Shown: in pieces, positions 13,580-27,164 of the stretch | Layout of the letters: the number at the start of each line of letters is the position of its first letter | Numbering within the stretch: the first letter of the stretch is position 1 | Assembly: GCA_964016885.1 (NCBI GenBank) | Contig: OZ024742.1 | Span: 178,994,001 to 179,058,000, forward strand | DNA: 64,000 bases | Direction of reading: 5' to 3' | DNA from: Eledone cirrhosa | Lineage: Eukaryota | The notes under the pieces: generated by a model | Told to the model about the DNA's origin: nothing | The model's database searches: none | What the model saw: only the letters and a program-made list of their open reading frames with translations | Made by a program: the position numbers and the translations under genes

Positions 13580-14640
13580 GGGAAGTATATGGGAAGGTAA
13601 GTAGCTAAATAGGTGGGTAAGTAGATATATGACTGGGTAGGTACATAGGTAGGTAGAGAGGTGTATGGGTAGGTGAGTCAGTAGGTAGATAGATTGGTAA
13701 GCATCTAAGTAAATAGTTAGGGAGATATGGATTGTTGGGTAGGTAAATACGTGTGTTGGTAGATAGATGGGTAGGTATGTAGATAGATAGGTAGGTGGGT
13801 AGGTGGATAGGTAGACATGAATATAGGTAGGTGGGTAGATAGGTAGATAAGTAGGTTGATACGTAAGTAGGTAGGTAGGTGGGTAGCTAGGTATGTAGGT
13901 AGATACGTTAGTAGGTAGGTAGGTGGGGAGGTATGTAGGTAGATAAGAAAGAGGGTAGGTAGATAGATAAGTATGTATGAGGTAGGTTTTTAGTTAGGTG
14001 GGTAGGTATATATGTAAGTAGGTAGGTGGGTAGGTAGGTAGGTAGGTAGGTAGATAGGAAGGTGGGTAGGTATATAGGTACATAGGTAGGTGGGTAAGTA
14101 GGAAGGTAGGTAGGAAGGTAGGTAGATGGATAGGAAGATGGGTAGGTATATAGGTAAGTAGGTAGGTGGCTAGGTAGGTAGGTAGGTAGATAAGTATGTA
14201 TGAGGTAGGTTTTTAGTTAGGTGGGTTTGTAGGAAGATAGGTAGATACATAAGAAAGTAGGTAGCTGGGTGGGTAGGTAGGTAGGAAGGTGGGTAGGTAT
14301 ATATGTAAGTAGGTAGGTGGGTGGGTAGGTAGGTAGGTAGGAAGATGGGTAAAGAGGAAGGTAGGTAGGAAGGTGGGTAAAGAGGAAGGTAGGTAGGAAG
14401 GTAGGTAGATGGATAGGAAGATGGCTAGGTATATAGGTAAGTAGGTAGGTGGCTAGGTAGGTAGGTAGGTAGGAAGTTGGGTAGGTATATAGGTAATTAG
14501 GTAAGTAGGTAGGTGGCTAGGTAGGTAGGTAGGTAGGTAGGTAGGTAGGTAGGAAGATGGGTAAGTATATAGGTATATAGGTAAGTAGGTAGGTATGTAG
14601 GGTAGGTAAGTAGGTATGTGGATAGGTAGGTGGGTAAGTA
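13580..14640. repeat. Degenerate (GGTA/AGAT)n tetranucleotide microsatellite
   Basis: Direct reading; continues at 12605-12755 on the other side of the LINE. Confidence 0.95.
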
Positions 14641-14761
14641 AATAGAGAGATTGGTAGAGTGAAATTGACGTGTTGTAAAACAATAGAGACGGCAAGTTAT
14701 ATAATTACACATGGAAGGAAGACACTCACCTTAATAGCAGAGCTGTGGTAGTAATTAATGG

Positions 14762-14811
<50 letters not shown>

Positions 14812-14821
14812 AGTATTGATA

Positions 14822-15200
14822 TGGCGGTGGATTGGCAGTATCGGTAGAGCGTCGGACAACATGCTTTGTGGCAGATGTTCGGACTCTTTACATTCTGAGT
14901 TCAAATCCCGCCAATGTTAGCTTTGCCTTTCATCCTTACGGGATTGATAAAATAAAGTACCAGTAATGCACTGAGGTCGATTTAATCGACTCCCCCTTCG
15001 CAACAGTTGTTGGCCCTGTATCTAAATCAGTAACCGTTATTAGTACTGATATTGCTGTTGTTGTTGAGTCTTATTTTCTGTTGAGATTATTGCGGTGCCG
15101 AGGTTAACTTTGCCTTTCATCCTTACGGGGTCGATAAAATAAAGTACCAGTAATGCACTGGGATAATTGCTGGCCTTGTGCCAAAAAGTAGAAACAATTA
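14822..15200 (+). mobile_element. Two Meta-SINE copies (14822-15040 full length; 15096-15200 truncated)
   Basis: ggcggtggattggcagtatcggtagag...gagttcaaatcccgcc; the second copy starts gccgaggttaac. Confidence 0.85.
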
Positions 15201-15346
15201 TTGCTGTTATCGCTGCTGGTGTTGCTGCTGCTGATGTTGTTATTAGTATTGATATTGCTGAGTCTTACTACTAATAATATTACTGGTATTATTGCTGCTG
15301 CTGTTTGTGTTGCTGCTGGTCTTGCTGCTGTCTCCGTTGCTGTTGT

Positions 15347-15383
<37 letters not shown>

Positions 15384-15728
15384 TTTGCTGGCTGTTGCTG
15401 TTGCTGTTGCTGTTGCTGCTTCTGTTGCTTCTGCTGCTGTTGCTGCTGCTGTTGCTTCTGCTGCTGCTGTTGCTGTTGCTGGTGGTGTTGTTGCTTCTGT
15501 TGTTAAGGTTGATGTTTTTCTTCATAAACAACTTCTTAGATATTTGTATAAATAGGGAACGTGTATGTATGTGATGTATGTATGTATGTATGTATGTATG
15601 TATGTATGTATGTATGTATGTATGTATGTATGTATGTGTGTATGTGTGTATGTATGTATGTATGTATGTATGTATGTATGTATGTATGTATGTGCGTGTG
15701 AATGTATGTATGTATATATCTATATAAG

Positions 15729-15763
<35 letters not shown>

Positions 15764-15839
15764 ATGTGATATATATATATAGAGAGTAATGTAGATGTAT
15801 ATAGAATAGTGATATTTGGTGTATATGTTATAGTACAGT

Positions 15840-16330
15840 GATATATAGTGTAGCAATGTAGTTATATGTAGTGTAGTGTTGTATAACGTTAGATAGTGTA
15901 CTGTTGTATAGTGCAGTGAGGTGTAGTGGAAGACCCTGCACTATACTGTTCTTTGGTGTAGTGAAGGAGACTACGCTATACTATTCTCTTGTGCAATAAA
16001 GTACGCTATAGTGTATTGTAGTGAAATGTGGTGTAGTGGAGGACACCACACTATGATATTCTGTGGTGTAGTGGAGGACACCACACTATACTATTCTGTG
16101 GTGTAGTGTATTTCAGTGTCGCAATACATTGCTGTAGTGTGCAGTACAACGTGGTATAGTGAAAGTAAAATACTGTGTATATTACTCAGTAGTATGTAGT
16201 CTGTTGTAGTATAGAGTGATTTTAAATTACCATAGAGTGTAATAGAGCACGGTGCTGTGAAATCCTCTAATTAATTTCACTCTACTGTACTGTATTGTAT
16301 GTATGTATGCATTATACTATGTACAGTAAT
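15840..16330. repeat. Degenerate (TAGTG)n-like satellite with ~40-bp internal repeats
   Basis: gtgtagtggaggacaccacactat is repeated. Confidence 0.7.
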
Positions 16331-16402
16331 GGCAGTGACTTCATATAGTAATGTTAGCGTTGGTGATGGTGATGATGGTGATTATGTTGAGGATTATGAT
16401 GT

Positions 16403-16453
<51 letters not shown>

Positions 16454-17122
16454 CCACAACAATGGTGACGACAATGGCGACGAAGATGACGATGACGCCG
16501 ACGCCGACGCCGACGCCGACGACGACGACGACGACGACGAAGACGAAGAAGAAGAAGAAGAAGAAGAAGAAGAAGAAGAAGAAGAAGAGGCTAAAAATCT
16601 ATGGTTGGAGGAGGAGGGGGAGGGGGAGGGATGACTTAGAGAGATGATGAGGATGAGAAGATAATGTGAGATGATACTATAATTACAGTGACTAGCTGAT
16701 GTGGTGGTGGTCGTGGTCGGGGCGCCGCTGGCGTCGTCGTCGTCGTCGCTATCACGGTGGGTGACAGCAAAGTTGCAGTCGTTATGAAGAAGCAGGGGAT
16801 ACTTAAGGGGTGGAGCCAAAACATGATGGTGATGATGAGGGTGGGCAGGGATGCTTCTGCTACTGCTGTTACTGATGGTGATGATGAAGAAGAAGAAGAA
16901 GAAGAAGAAGAAGAAGAAGAAGAAGAAGAAGAAGAAGAAGGGGGGGGGGGGGTAAGAGAAATAGAGCCTGAAAAAGTGGGCGGCGCGAATTGAAGTAGCA
17001 TTAAAAGTGGGGGAAATAATATATAAAAAAAGGGATAAAGAAAAACGACAGAGTGATAAGTAAAGAAAGAGGAAGAGAGGTGTGGTAATAAAGAAAGAGA
17101 AAAATAGAGATTAAAGAGGGAA

Positions 17123-17158
<36 letters not shown>

Positions 17159-17170
17159 TTATCTGATATA

Positions 17171-17231
<61 letters not shown>

Positions 17232-17272
17232 TTTCCTCTTTAATCTCTATTTTTCTCTTTTTTATAAATATA

Positions 17273-17439
17273 TATAGGAAAATGTTCAAGACCCCGACGG
17301 CAGAGCTCAAGCCGTGTCGAAACGGCTTGAGTTCTGCCGTCGGGGTCTTGAACATTTTCCTATTACCCACTCTACTACCCAAATTATTGAGTACTCTGGT
17401 GCGTTATGGTTCACCTGGTTCCTTACCACATTTCCTTCG

Positions 17440-17440
<1 letters not shown>
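17273..17440 (+). mobile_element. Fold-back non-coding element (family D) in (TA)n
   Basis: A ~45-bp-arm palindrome centred at ~17318 continues into a 3' segment shared with 18570-18776 and 24792-24981; all end at ccacatttcctt(c/t)gt+(TA)n. Confidence 0.8.
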
Positions 17441-17486
<46 letters not shown>

Positions 17487-17518
17487 GGTAGAACACTGGA
17501 AGGTAATATTGTGTTACT

Positions 17519-17630
<112 letters not shown>

Positions 17631-17634
17631 TATA

Positions 17635-17654
17635 GTTAGTAACACAATATTACC

Positions 17655-17686
<32 letters not shown>

Positions 17687-17698
17687 AACACAATATTA

Positions 17699-17756
<58 letters not shown>

Positions 17757-17819
17757 AACACAATATTACCTATATATATATATATATATATAGTTTATAG
17801 TTAGTAACACAATATTACC

Positions 17820-17851
<32 letters not shown>

Positions 17852-17863
17852 AACACAATATTA

Positions 17864-17901
<38 letters not shown>

Positions 17902-17930
17902 AACACAATATTACCTATATATATATATAT
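17635..17930. repeat. Minisatellite GTTAGTAACACAATATTACC+(TA)n, 6 units
   Basis: The unit is the reverse complement of 17502-17520 (ggtaatattgtgttacta). Confidence 0.9.
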
Positions 17931-17931
17931 A

Positions 17932-18215
17932 TAAAGAAGAAATTAAAAGATGGTTAAACAAGTTCCATATATTTTATTATGCGCATTTCGAAAACAATAT
18001 CATCCTGGGACAAAAATTGTGTTCTCATCAGATAAAATAAAGTAACATGATATGAGGCCTAAAAACACTTATGAACAAGAAAGTCTTCAGTCTACATATG
18101 TAGACTAGACACTTTCTTGTGAGAACACAATTTTTGTCCCAGGATGATATTGTTTTCGAAATGCGCATAATAAAATATATGGAACTTTTTTAACCATCTT
18201 TTAATTTCTTCTTTA
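17932..18215. mobile_element. Head-to-head inverted HHR element (family C)
   Basis: 17932-18027 is the reverse complement of 18119-18215. Minus-strand HHR at 17971-18038: AUUUUAU CUGAUGA GAACACAAU..AUUGUUUUC GAAA UGCGCA UA AUAAAAU. Confidence 0.85.
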
Positions 18216-18295
18216 TATATACTCCAGTTCTACCAACTGTTGATTGCTACTTATCTGATATATGCATAGGTTTATTGTTCTACAATATTACTCAC

Positions 18296-18340
<45 letters not shown>

Positions 18341-18371
18341 AGATCAAAAGATGGTTAAAAGAGCTCCAAGT

Positions 18372-18440
18372 ATTTTATTATGCGCATTTCAAAAACAAAT
18401 ATCATCATGGGATGATATCTGCGTTCTCATCAGATAAAAT
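18372..18440 (-). ncRNA. Type I hammerhead ribozyme motif (family C)
   Basis: AUUUUAU CUGAUGA GAACGCAGAUAUCAUC ccau GAUGAUAUUUGUUUUU GAAA UGCGCA UA AUAAAAU. Confidence 0.8.
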
Positions 18441-18496
18441 AGGTAGGCATGATATGAAGCTTAAAAAACACTTGTGAGCAGTGAAGTTTTAAATCA

Positions 18497-18569
<73 letters not shown>

Positions 18570-18573
<4 letters not shown>

Positions 18574-18774
18574 AACGAGTAGGATCCCGACGGCTGAGCT
18601 CAAGCGGTTACGACGGGTAATTCTGGATTGGATTATTCGTCCAGAATTAGCCGCTGAAACGGCTTGAGCTCAGCCCTCGGGGTCCTACTCGTTCCTATTA
18701 ACCACTCTACTACCCTAAGTATTGAGTACTTTGGTGCGTTATGGTCCACCTGGTTCCTTACCACATTTCCTTTG

Positions 18775-18776
<2 letters not shown>
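18570..18776 (+). mobile_element. Fold-back element family D, copy 2
   Basis: Inverted arms 18570-18608 and 18658-18697 enclose the hairpin taattctgga/tccagaatta followed by GAAA; shared 3' end. Confidence 0.8.
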
Positions 18777-18814
<38 letters not shown>

Positions 18815-18984
18815 TTACACACATCACACACACATTTATATGTAAACAAATCACGTAGTTTAGAAGACGGTAGCAATGTGAATTTGAAAATTAAATTGAA
18901 TTACCAGCTTTCACCATACTTTTCGGCTACAGAAAATAGCCTAATAACCGGGCATATAAGGCCTTAGAACGGAAACAATGGGTA

Positions 18985-19060
18985 TCTGCCCGCGTTGGAA
19001 TCGAACCCACACCTCTTATTTTCGCGATAAGTGTACTTGCCTATTACACTGTAGTGATTC
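18985..19060 (-). other. tRNA-like sequence (pseudo-tRNA or SINE head)
   Basis: Minus strand agtgtaatagg (A box), cttat-cgcgaaa-ataag (anticodon-like arm), gggttcgattcc (B box); no convincing acceptor stem. Confidence 0.5.
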
Positions 19061-19237
19061 CCAAAGGTTGGCTGAGGAGATGGACCTGCACGATTTTCCA
19101 TTTTTGATGTTGTTGGTGTTTTGTCTTGTGCGCCCCATGATTTGTATATATATACATATATATATATATAGGAAGAGGAGTCAGGACCCACTTTTTCAGG
19201 CTCTATTTCTCTTCTTCTTCTTCTTCTTCTTCTTCTT

Positions 19238-19268
<31 letters not shown>

Positions 19269-19274
19269 AATAAA

Positions 19275-19515
<241 letters not shown>

Positions 19516-19519
19516 ATAA

Positions 19520-19640
<121 letters not shown>

Positions 19641-19648
19641 TATATATA

Positions 19649-19706
<58 letters not shown>

Positions 19707-20342
19707 TTTATTTACGATGCTAATAGGCAAAATATACACACATGTATCTACACACGCACCCATATGCATGCATGGTCCCGTAACACCCGAGGGAGTCGTA
19801 AGAGCGCTGTATTGACATACGGCGTTTCTAGGGCATCTTTTTTAAAAAAACCTGGCAGAGCCCAATCCTCTCCAGGCTTGAATACAGTAGATTTCTTCCA
19901 GAGAAGGATAGAAAGTGAGAGTACAGAAGTAAGAAAGAGATATAGAGAAAGAATCGGCCCCAGTACTAGACTGATACTTTTTTATAGACCTCGAATCGAT
20001 GAATAGCAAAGTTGATCTAGGTAGGATTTAAACAAAGAGGGCAGAGGGTCGAAACGAATACTTGAGTTCTATCTGACTTTCTAATGACTCAATTTTCTGT
20101 CTACGCACACACACACACACACATAAATACACCATGCATACACATATCCAATGGAATTGAATGGATCTCCGACAGTTTCGCCAGTCAATATTTGTTCAAG
20201 CTGTTCGATCAACCAAACACCGGACTAGTGAAATTATCATGTAAGTGGTTGAATATTCCATAGAGAAGAGCACCTTTAATGTTACTTTCAGCTATTCCGT
20301 TGATCAGATCAAGTAGAACACTCGTCGTCGTAACCGACGTAG

Positions 20343-20385
<43 letters not shown>

Positions 20386-20389
<4 letters not shown>

Positions 20390-20437
20390 CTAGCATAGGT
20401 ATGCATCTGTATATATATATGGGTAGATATACTTATT

Positions 20438-20521
<84 letters not shown>

Positions 20522-21795
20522 AATAAGTATATCTACCTATATATATATACAGATGCATACCTATGCTAGCAAATATATATGTTTTGTCTTAGTAACTTTG
20601 TGGTTCAATGCAAGGGGATGCAGAACAATTATATGAAAGACGTAAAATAAGAAAATTATAAAAATTAACTTACTTACTAAAATTTCACTCCAACTAATTA
20701 GTTTCTGAAAGGGAATAAACATGGTTTCCGAACGGAACAACATGGAGAAAATCCTTTCGTCATCAGGAGTGTATTCTCAGCTAAGTTCCCAGGCAATGCG
20801 TGGACACAGGGAACTTATACAAAAATAATTCAGTGGATGGAAAAAAGCAAGCGAGGACTAAATTCCAGGACATTGAAAAAATCACTGCCTACTTGGTCGG
20901 TGGCAAATTCAAAAGAATCAATCACGTGACATCGAAGTTAATCAGTGAGGAGTGGGGTGCTAATAAGACAGTAGCCTGACTATTACTATGAACCATAGTA
21001 GTAGATTTGGCAAATTTTTGCTCAACAAAATAATTTGGAGTTAATTATAAAGAATAAGTATATCTACCAACATATATATATACAGATGCATACCTATGCT
21101 AGCAAATATATAGGTTTTCTCTTAGTAACTTTGTGGTTCAATGCAAGGGGATGCAGAACAATTATATGAGAAAATCCTTTCGTCATCAGGAAACCATGTT
21201 TATTCCCTTTCAGAAACTAATTAGTTGGAGTGAAATTTTAGTAAGTAAGTTAATTTTTATAATTTTCTTATTTTACGTCTTTCATATAATTGTTCTGCAT
21301 CCCCTTGCATTGAACCACAAAGTTACTAAGACAAAACCTATATATTTGCTAGCATAGGTATGCATCTGTATATATATGTTGGTAGATATATTTATTCTTT
21401 AAAATTAACTCCAAATTATTTTGTTGAGCAAAAATTTACCAAAACTACTAGTATGGTTCATAGTAATAGTCAGGCTACTGTCTTATTAGCACCCCACTCC
21501 TCACTGATTAACCTCGATGTCACGTGATTGATTCTTTTGAATTTGCCACCGACCAAGTAGGCAGTGACTTTTTCAATGTCCTGGAATTTAGTCCTCGCTT
21601 GCTTTTTTCCATCCACTGAATTATTTTTGTATATCTTCCCTGTGTCCACGCATTGCCTGGGAACTTAGCTGAGAATACACTCCTGATGACGAAAGGATTT
21701 TCTCCATGTTGTTCCGTTCGGAAACCATTTCAGAAACTAATTAGTTGGAGTGAAATTTTAGTAAGTTAATTTTTATAATTTTCTTATTTTACGTC

Positions 21796-21800
<5 letters not shown>
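20386..21800. mobile_element. 531-bp circularly permuted HHR-like unit, >1 monomer in each orientation (large fold-back)
   Basis: The left arm repeats taaagaataagtatatctacc at 20517 and 21048; the right (inverted) arm repeats ggaaacca at 21189 and 21720. HHR-like core at 20686-20771 (-) and 21678-21752 (+). Confidence 0.85.
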
Positions 21801-21848
<48 letters not shown>

Positions 21849-21954
21849 ATATGACTAAATACGCACATGTGTTTTCCCCCCCTTTTTTTCTAATTTTACC
21901 CCGGTTCATCCTCTTACCCTTTTTCTATCTATTTATCTTCTATTTCTAACTCTC

Positions 21955-21995
21955 TCTCTTCTGACGATGGACTAGTGTCCAAAACGTTATAACTC
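21955..21995 (+). other. Degenerate minimal HHR-like motif (family E)
   Basis: CUGACGA UGGAC uagu GUCCA AAA CG UU; similar to 45272-45300 (cagatga aggactagtatcc gaaa) and 6387-6412. Confidence 0.45.
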
Positions 21996-22074
21996 TTTTC
22001 CTGTTATTTCAAGCGTTAAACTAATACGTTTCTTCAATGTACTGTTCGGTTGCGTTGTTATTTCTGTTAGCCTT

Positions 22075-22142
<68 letters not shown>

Positions 22143-22549
22143 ACACACACACACCAAACACACATACAACTGTAGTAGTTGCTGATTTGCCCAAGTCAAT
22201 TGAGCAAACCTATGATCAAAGACGTTTAAACCATGACCACCCGCCCTTTTATGACTCACATAATAGCTAGTCTATTCTGCTGGATATAACCGGACTTGTC
22301 CCAAACATGATAAACACTCTTATTTCTGGATTAATATTTAAATTATCAAAAATTAACATAAACTAATGTGCCCCACTAACGTTGAGAAAATATTTATTTG
22401 TTTAATTATTTTTGAAGGATTATATGAAGTATATAAGAAAAGTAATTTGTTTTTAGTGAAAGAAATTTATGTGGTGCCGTAGGTAGTTAAGGAAATTTTA
22501 AAATATTGGTAAATTGTCCTGAGAGGGGTCTGTGAAATTTATGGTACCC

Positions 22550-22840
22550 TGAAGGTGCATGGTCTAGTGTTGTACTTGCGATCCTAATATCGGGAGTTCG
22601 ATTCCTAGACTGGTTAATGTGCTGTTAACTTGAGCAAAACATTTTGATTCACGTTGCTCCAGTATATTCAATTGAAAAGTTTAAACCATCGCAAGTTTAA
22701 ACCCACAGCTACTGCTGGGGGTTTAAACTTGCGATGGATTGGCGTCCTCCTCAATGGAAGGATCTTGTTCACTCAGTTACACAAAACTACGAAAACCGAA
22801 ATAAGGACCCACCCGATGAGACATCGGGCTCGAGACATAC
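22550..22840 (+). mobile_element. tRNA-derived SINE (second family)
   Basis: tggtctagtg...gagttcgattcctagac...ttgagcaaaacatttt..ttcacgttgctccag...tgcgatggattggcgtcc. Confidence 0.6.
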
Positions 22841-22899
22841 TTTAGACTTTTCGAAAGGGATATCTGAAATATATGATATAGTGAGGCTTTGATACGGAA

Positions 22900-23610
22900 A
22901 ATGTGCGTGCAGAAAGGTTCGTCAACTTGCACTCATCTCGGTTAAGCTCTGCTAACAGCACTTCTTTGAGTGTCGAGTGTATCTCGACCAGATAACATCA
23001 AAAACCTTAGTACCACTGCCAAGTCAAGGCTTCTAGTAATATACATAGTTCCCCGAATACCGAATACACCAGCTAGTAATATTTCTTCAAAAATTTCGTT
23101 GTGCTTCTTCCAACCATTAATCGTCTACGGAAAGCTAACGTTTCCTGAATGAAATAATGCGATGAGTGACCGGTAATATTCCACATAGTCGGCATCTATT
23201 TTTGGATTACACTTGGCTCAGTGGAGAACATGCTTAATAATGGCTGACCTCGCCTGTCCACCACCAAGGACTCAATATATATGGTGCTACAGCAAGGTTC
23301 CCAGAGCATCATCAGCTATATCATATCAAGCCCTCTACACAGAAGGGTTTGGCAGTAAATGTACCAGTTGAACATGGAACGTGAATCTACCACAAGAATC
23401 TGACGAAAATCGACTGCAATATATAACGGAGGTGATTTACGTGACCTTTTCAGGATAGCTTCGTTTTATTCCATTGGTATGTGAAACCGGTCAATCTGCT
23501 AGCCACACGGAGGTCGCAACCAAACCAGACTTCAAGCAACTGAACCGAAAGGTCTGCCTAGCATTTCACGATGCTGACCGGTGGCACAAATTCTTCTGAA
23601 TGTGCTGAAC
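22900..23610 (-). pseudogene. Ancient Tx1-clade ORF2 3' relic
   Basis: Minus-strand remnants LLEVWFGCDLRV, KLS*KGH and VRFLW..YCQTLLCRGLDM..LMM align by eye with LLGVWFGPDLQV, KLSLKGR and FRFLW..CCQHLLRVGLGMPWLMM of the intact copies. Confidence 0.7.
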
Positions 23611-24555
23611 TTTCTTAAACACGTAATCAGTCATCACTTTATATGTTAGACATTACAGTAGAACATGTCTCGCTTCTCTCTTGTATTTTCTATCTCATTC
23701 CTGCACAAAGGTGCTTGGTGTAAGAGATGGGTTATGTAGGAGTTATTTATGGATGGCATTTTCGGTTACACACACACACATATATGTATTAAGTGTGATA
23801 TGACAAAGTTTCATTTTGAAATACTTTTTTGGCATTTTGACCGTTACATGTTTCCCAGATGATTGTCTCGAGATCTACAACAATGTGAAAGACCTGACTC
23901 CAGCATCGATGTACTTCCTAAATGAATGAACTCAAAACATGTACATCTCAAGGGCGATTTATATAAGCTTCCCTCTTTGCTGTGATCCGTCTTTTTTTAC
24001 CCTCTTTGCTGTTATCTTCTCTCTCTCTCCCCCTTCTCTCTCCTTCTCCCTCTTACTTTCGCTCACTCCCTCTGTTAGCCACCTCTCGGCTAGCCTCCCA
24101 CTATAACTATCTCTTTCTCGCTTCCTTGCACTTTCACTCACTCCCTCTCTGTTAGTCATCCTCTCTCCGCGCTAGCTCACTTCCTCCATCGTCCAGCACT
24201 GTACGCAGTCTCTTTTCTCGCTAACACTGCTACGGTCAAGACGTGTCTTTTGTCTCTCATCAAAATTCGCCCGTTCTTATGTTCGAAATAAGTTATTGAC
24301 TTGATATTTTTCCTAATTTTCCTCCTTTACGTTGCTTCACCCTTCGTGTCTGTTTACATGTTTATCCATCCCCCCTTTCTTTTATCCCAATAACTTATGT
24401 TAGTTATTGTTTCGCCCTAGGCTGAGGTATATTGTCTATAAAGCGAAGAAATACCTATGATTCCTAGTAGACAACTGATGACGGATACTCTTCTCTTTCG
24501 CCCGTAACTTTTATTTTCCATTATATATATATATATATATATATATAGTTATATA

Positions 24556-25029
<474 letters not shown>

Positions 25030-25309
25030 TATATTTTTCCCCAGCTGCGTTTGTCTGTTTCTCTCTTACTACTTCCCCCCTCTCTCTGTATCTCTCACCT
25101 TCTTTCGCCTCCTCTGTCAGTTACACTTTCTCTCGACTGGCCTCTTCCTCGCACTTCCACTCACTCACTCTATGCTTCCACCCTCTCACTTCCTCTTGTT
25201 TGGCCTGTGTAGGGTCCTTTCTCACTCACACCTCACCCACATCAGAAGGTCTGTATATCTCTCTCGCCCATGAAATTCACCCAGCTTAAGCTGAATAGAT
25301 ATGATGTGC

Positions 25310-25492
25310 TTGTTTCTTCCTATCTTTCTGTTGCTATACCATTTTTGTTTGTTTACTTGTCTCGCTCACTTTACGCGATATTACTTGTCCCAATAGCTTT
25401 ATTTAGCTATTGCTCGCACCAACTGGAGGTATATGATTTTCAAAGCGATGAAATACCGATGATAGTTGGAAAATCACTGATGAAGGACTCAT
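25310..25492 (+). mobile_element. Dispersed repeat ending at CTGATGAAGGAC (family E); other copies at 43410-43572 and 59160-59338, diverged copy at 24340-24490
   Basis: Shared tgctcgcaccaac(c/t)ggaggtatat...gcgatgaaatacc...tcactgatgaaggact. Confidence 0.75.
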
Positions 25493-25537
25493 TTTTTTCA
25501 TATGTAACCCATGTGCAACCACGCAGCACTCAATTCT

Positions 25538-25630
<93 letters not shown>

Positions 25631-25803
25631 GATACTATCTATAGTGATGTATATACTATAAACAACCATAAACAGGAAAGGTCAGTAATTTCCTACTACC
25701 TTATTACCAGTAGGAGAAATAGATCAATGTAAGAACATCAGGTGTTTTACAGAGCAGGAATATAAATTACACAATTCTCAAAGTTATGTTCAAATCATTT
25801 AAT

Positions 25804-25850
25804 TGCTGACAATCGTTTCTTCCAAACTTTCGTTTGGAATCTTCGGAGCA
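25804..25850 (-). ncRNA. Minimal type I hammerhead motif with one core substitution
   Basis: UGCU CCGAAGA UUCCAAAC gaaa GUUUGGAA GAAA C gauu G UC AGCA; perfect 8-bp stem II, GUC site, U4 changed to C. Confidence 0.65.
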
Positions 25851-27164
25851 TTATCAATGTTTGTACATATAATTAACCTCCTATTCAACTGAACAATAAT
25901 ATAGATACATATATATTGATGCTATGAGCAACAGTTTCGTATTTACAGGGTGGAATGGATGCGACATATATTATACGAGAATTGTACAAAAATTAAAATT
26001 AAAATTAAAAGCACAGAGTGGACTACATGTGACAGATAATACAAGAGAAAAGTCTAATAATTAAAGAGGCATAGCAGTACATATGATAATTAAAGAGGAC
26101 ACTAGCAGTACATATGTAAGCGTGTAGAAAGTGTACATGCGTTAGTCATATATACGAGAAAGAAATAATCAAAGGTATTAGGCGTATATAGATAAATAAA
26201 TACTATATGGCAAAGTTATCACTTAAAATACCAACGAAAGATATGGGCTCGATTCCTACGTGCGTCAATACTCATCCTTTTCCATTTTTAGAGGGTTTTA
26301 AACCCCCTATCAGGCTAAAACTTTTTTGCTAAAAAATACTGAAAAAGCTTCTATTTCTACTAAATATATAGACAAGTATATACATATATTTATATGTATA
26401 TATATTTATTTATTTACAGCAGCAAAATTATAACGAGAATACAGAGTCTCTAAAGATGAGATTGATAATCTGAACAACGTTACACATACACCATGCTTAT
26501 TTCTATCTTTAAACACCTCTCTAATCATACCTTTTCATTCATCTTTTTTTGTTTTGTTTCAAAGCCATTATTTGTCGGTGAGCTATTAAATATTACTAGA
26601 TGACGACAATTATACTAAATCCTAAGGAGTCGTCTGCAATGTATATCTATGGACCCGTAACTCCAGAGGGAGTCGGAAGTGCGGAGCATTACGATGTATT
26701 TAGGACATTTTATTGAATCTAGCGGAGACCATCTCCTCTCCAGGTCAGATTACAGTAGCTTTCTTCCAGAGAACGATACATAGTTAGAGAGGAGAAGAGA
26801 GAAAGAGATAAAGAGAAAGAATCAACCCCAGTACTAAACTGATACTTTTTTTTTATCGATCTCGAATGGACGATTGGCAAAGTTGACCTCGCTGGGTGTT
26901 GAACTCGGAGAAGCAGAGAGTCGAAACGAGTAATACAAATCATTATATCCAATGATTTAACGATTCTATTTGCGGTGTATGATATAATATATATTAACCT
27001 GAACCCAACTAACTATTTGTTATACTCTATTGCAGAGTTAATTAAATTAATAAGTTTTCAGGCATTTGGGGGGTTTTGTGGTTTAACAACAACACAGCCT
27101 TTTCATGTGCAACGACGCCATTATAACTTTCTTCATATTCTCTTTCTTGTTTTTATAATGCTGT

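Noticed and set aside
17635-17930. CRISPR-like repeat-spacer pattern
   Set aside because: The 'spacers' are only (TA)n of variable length.
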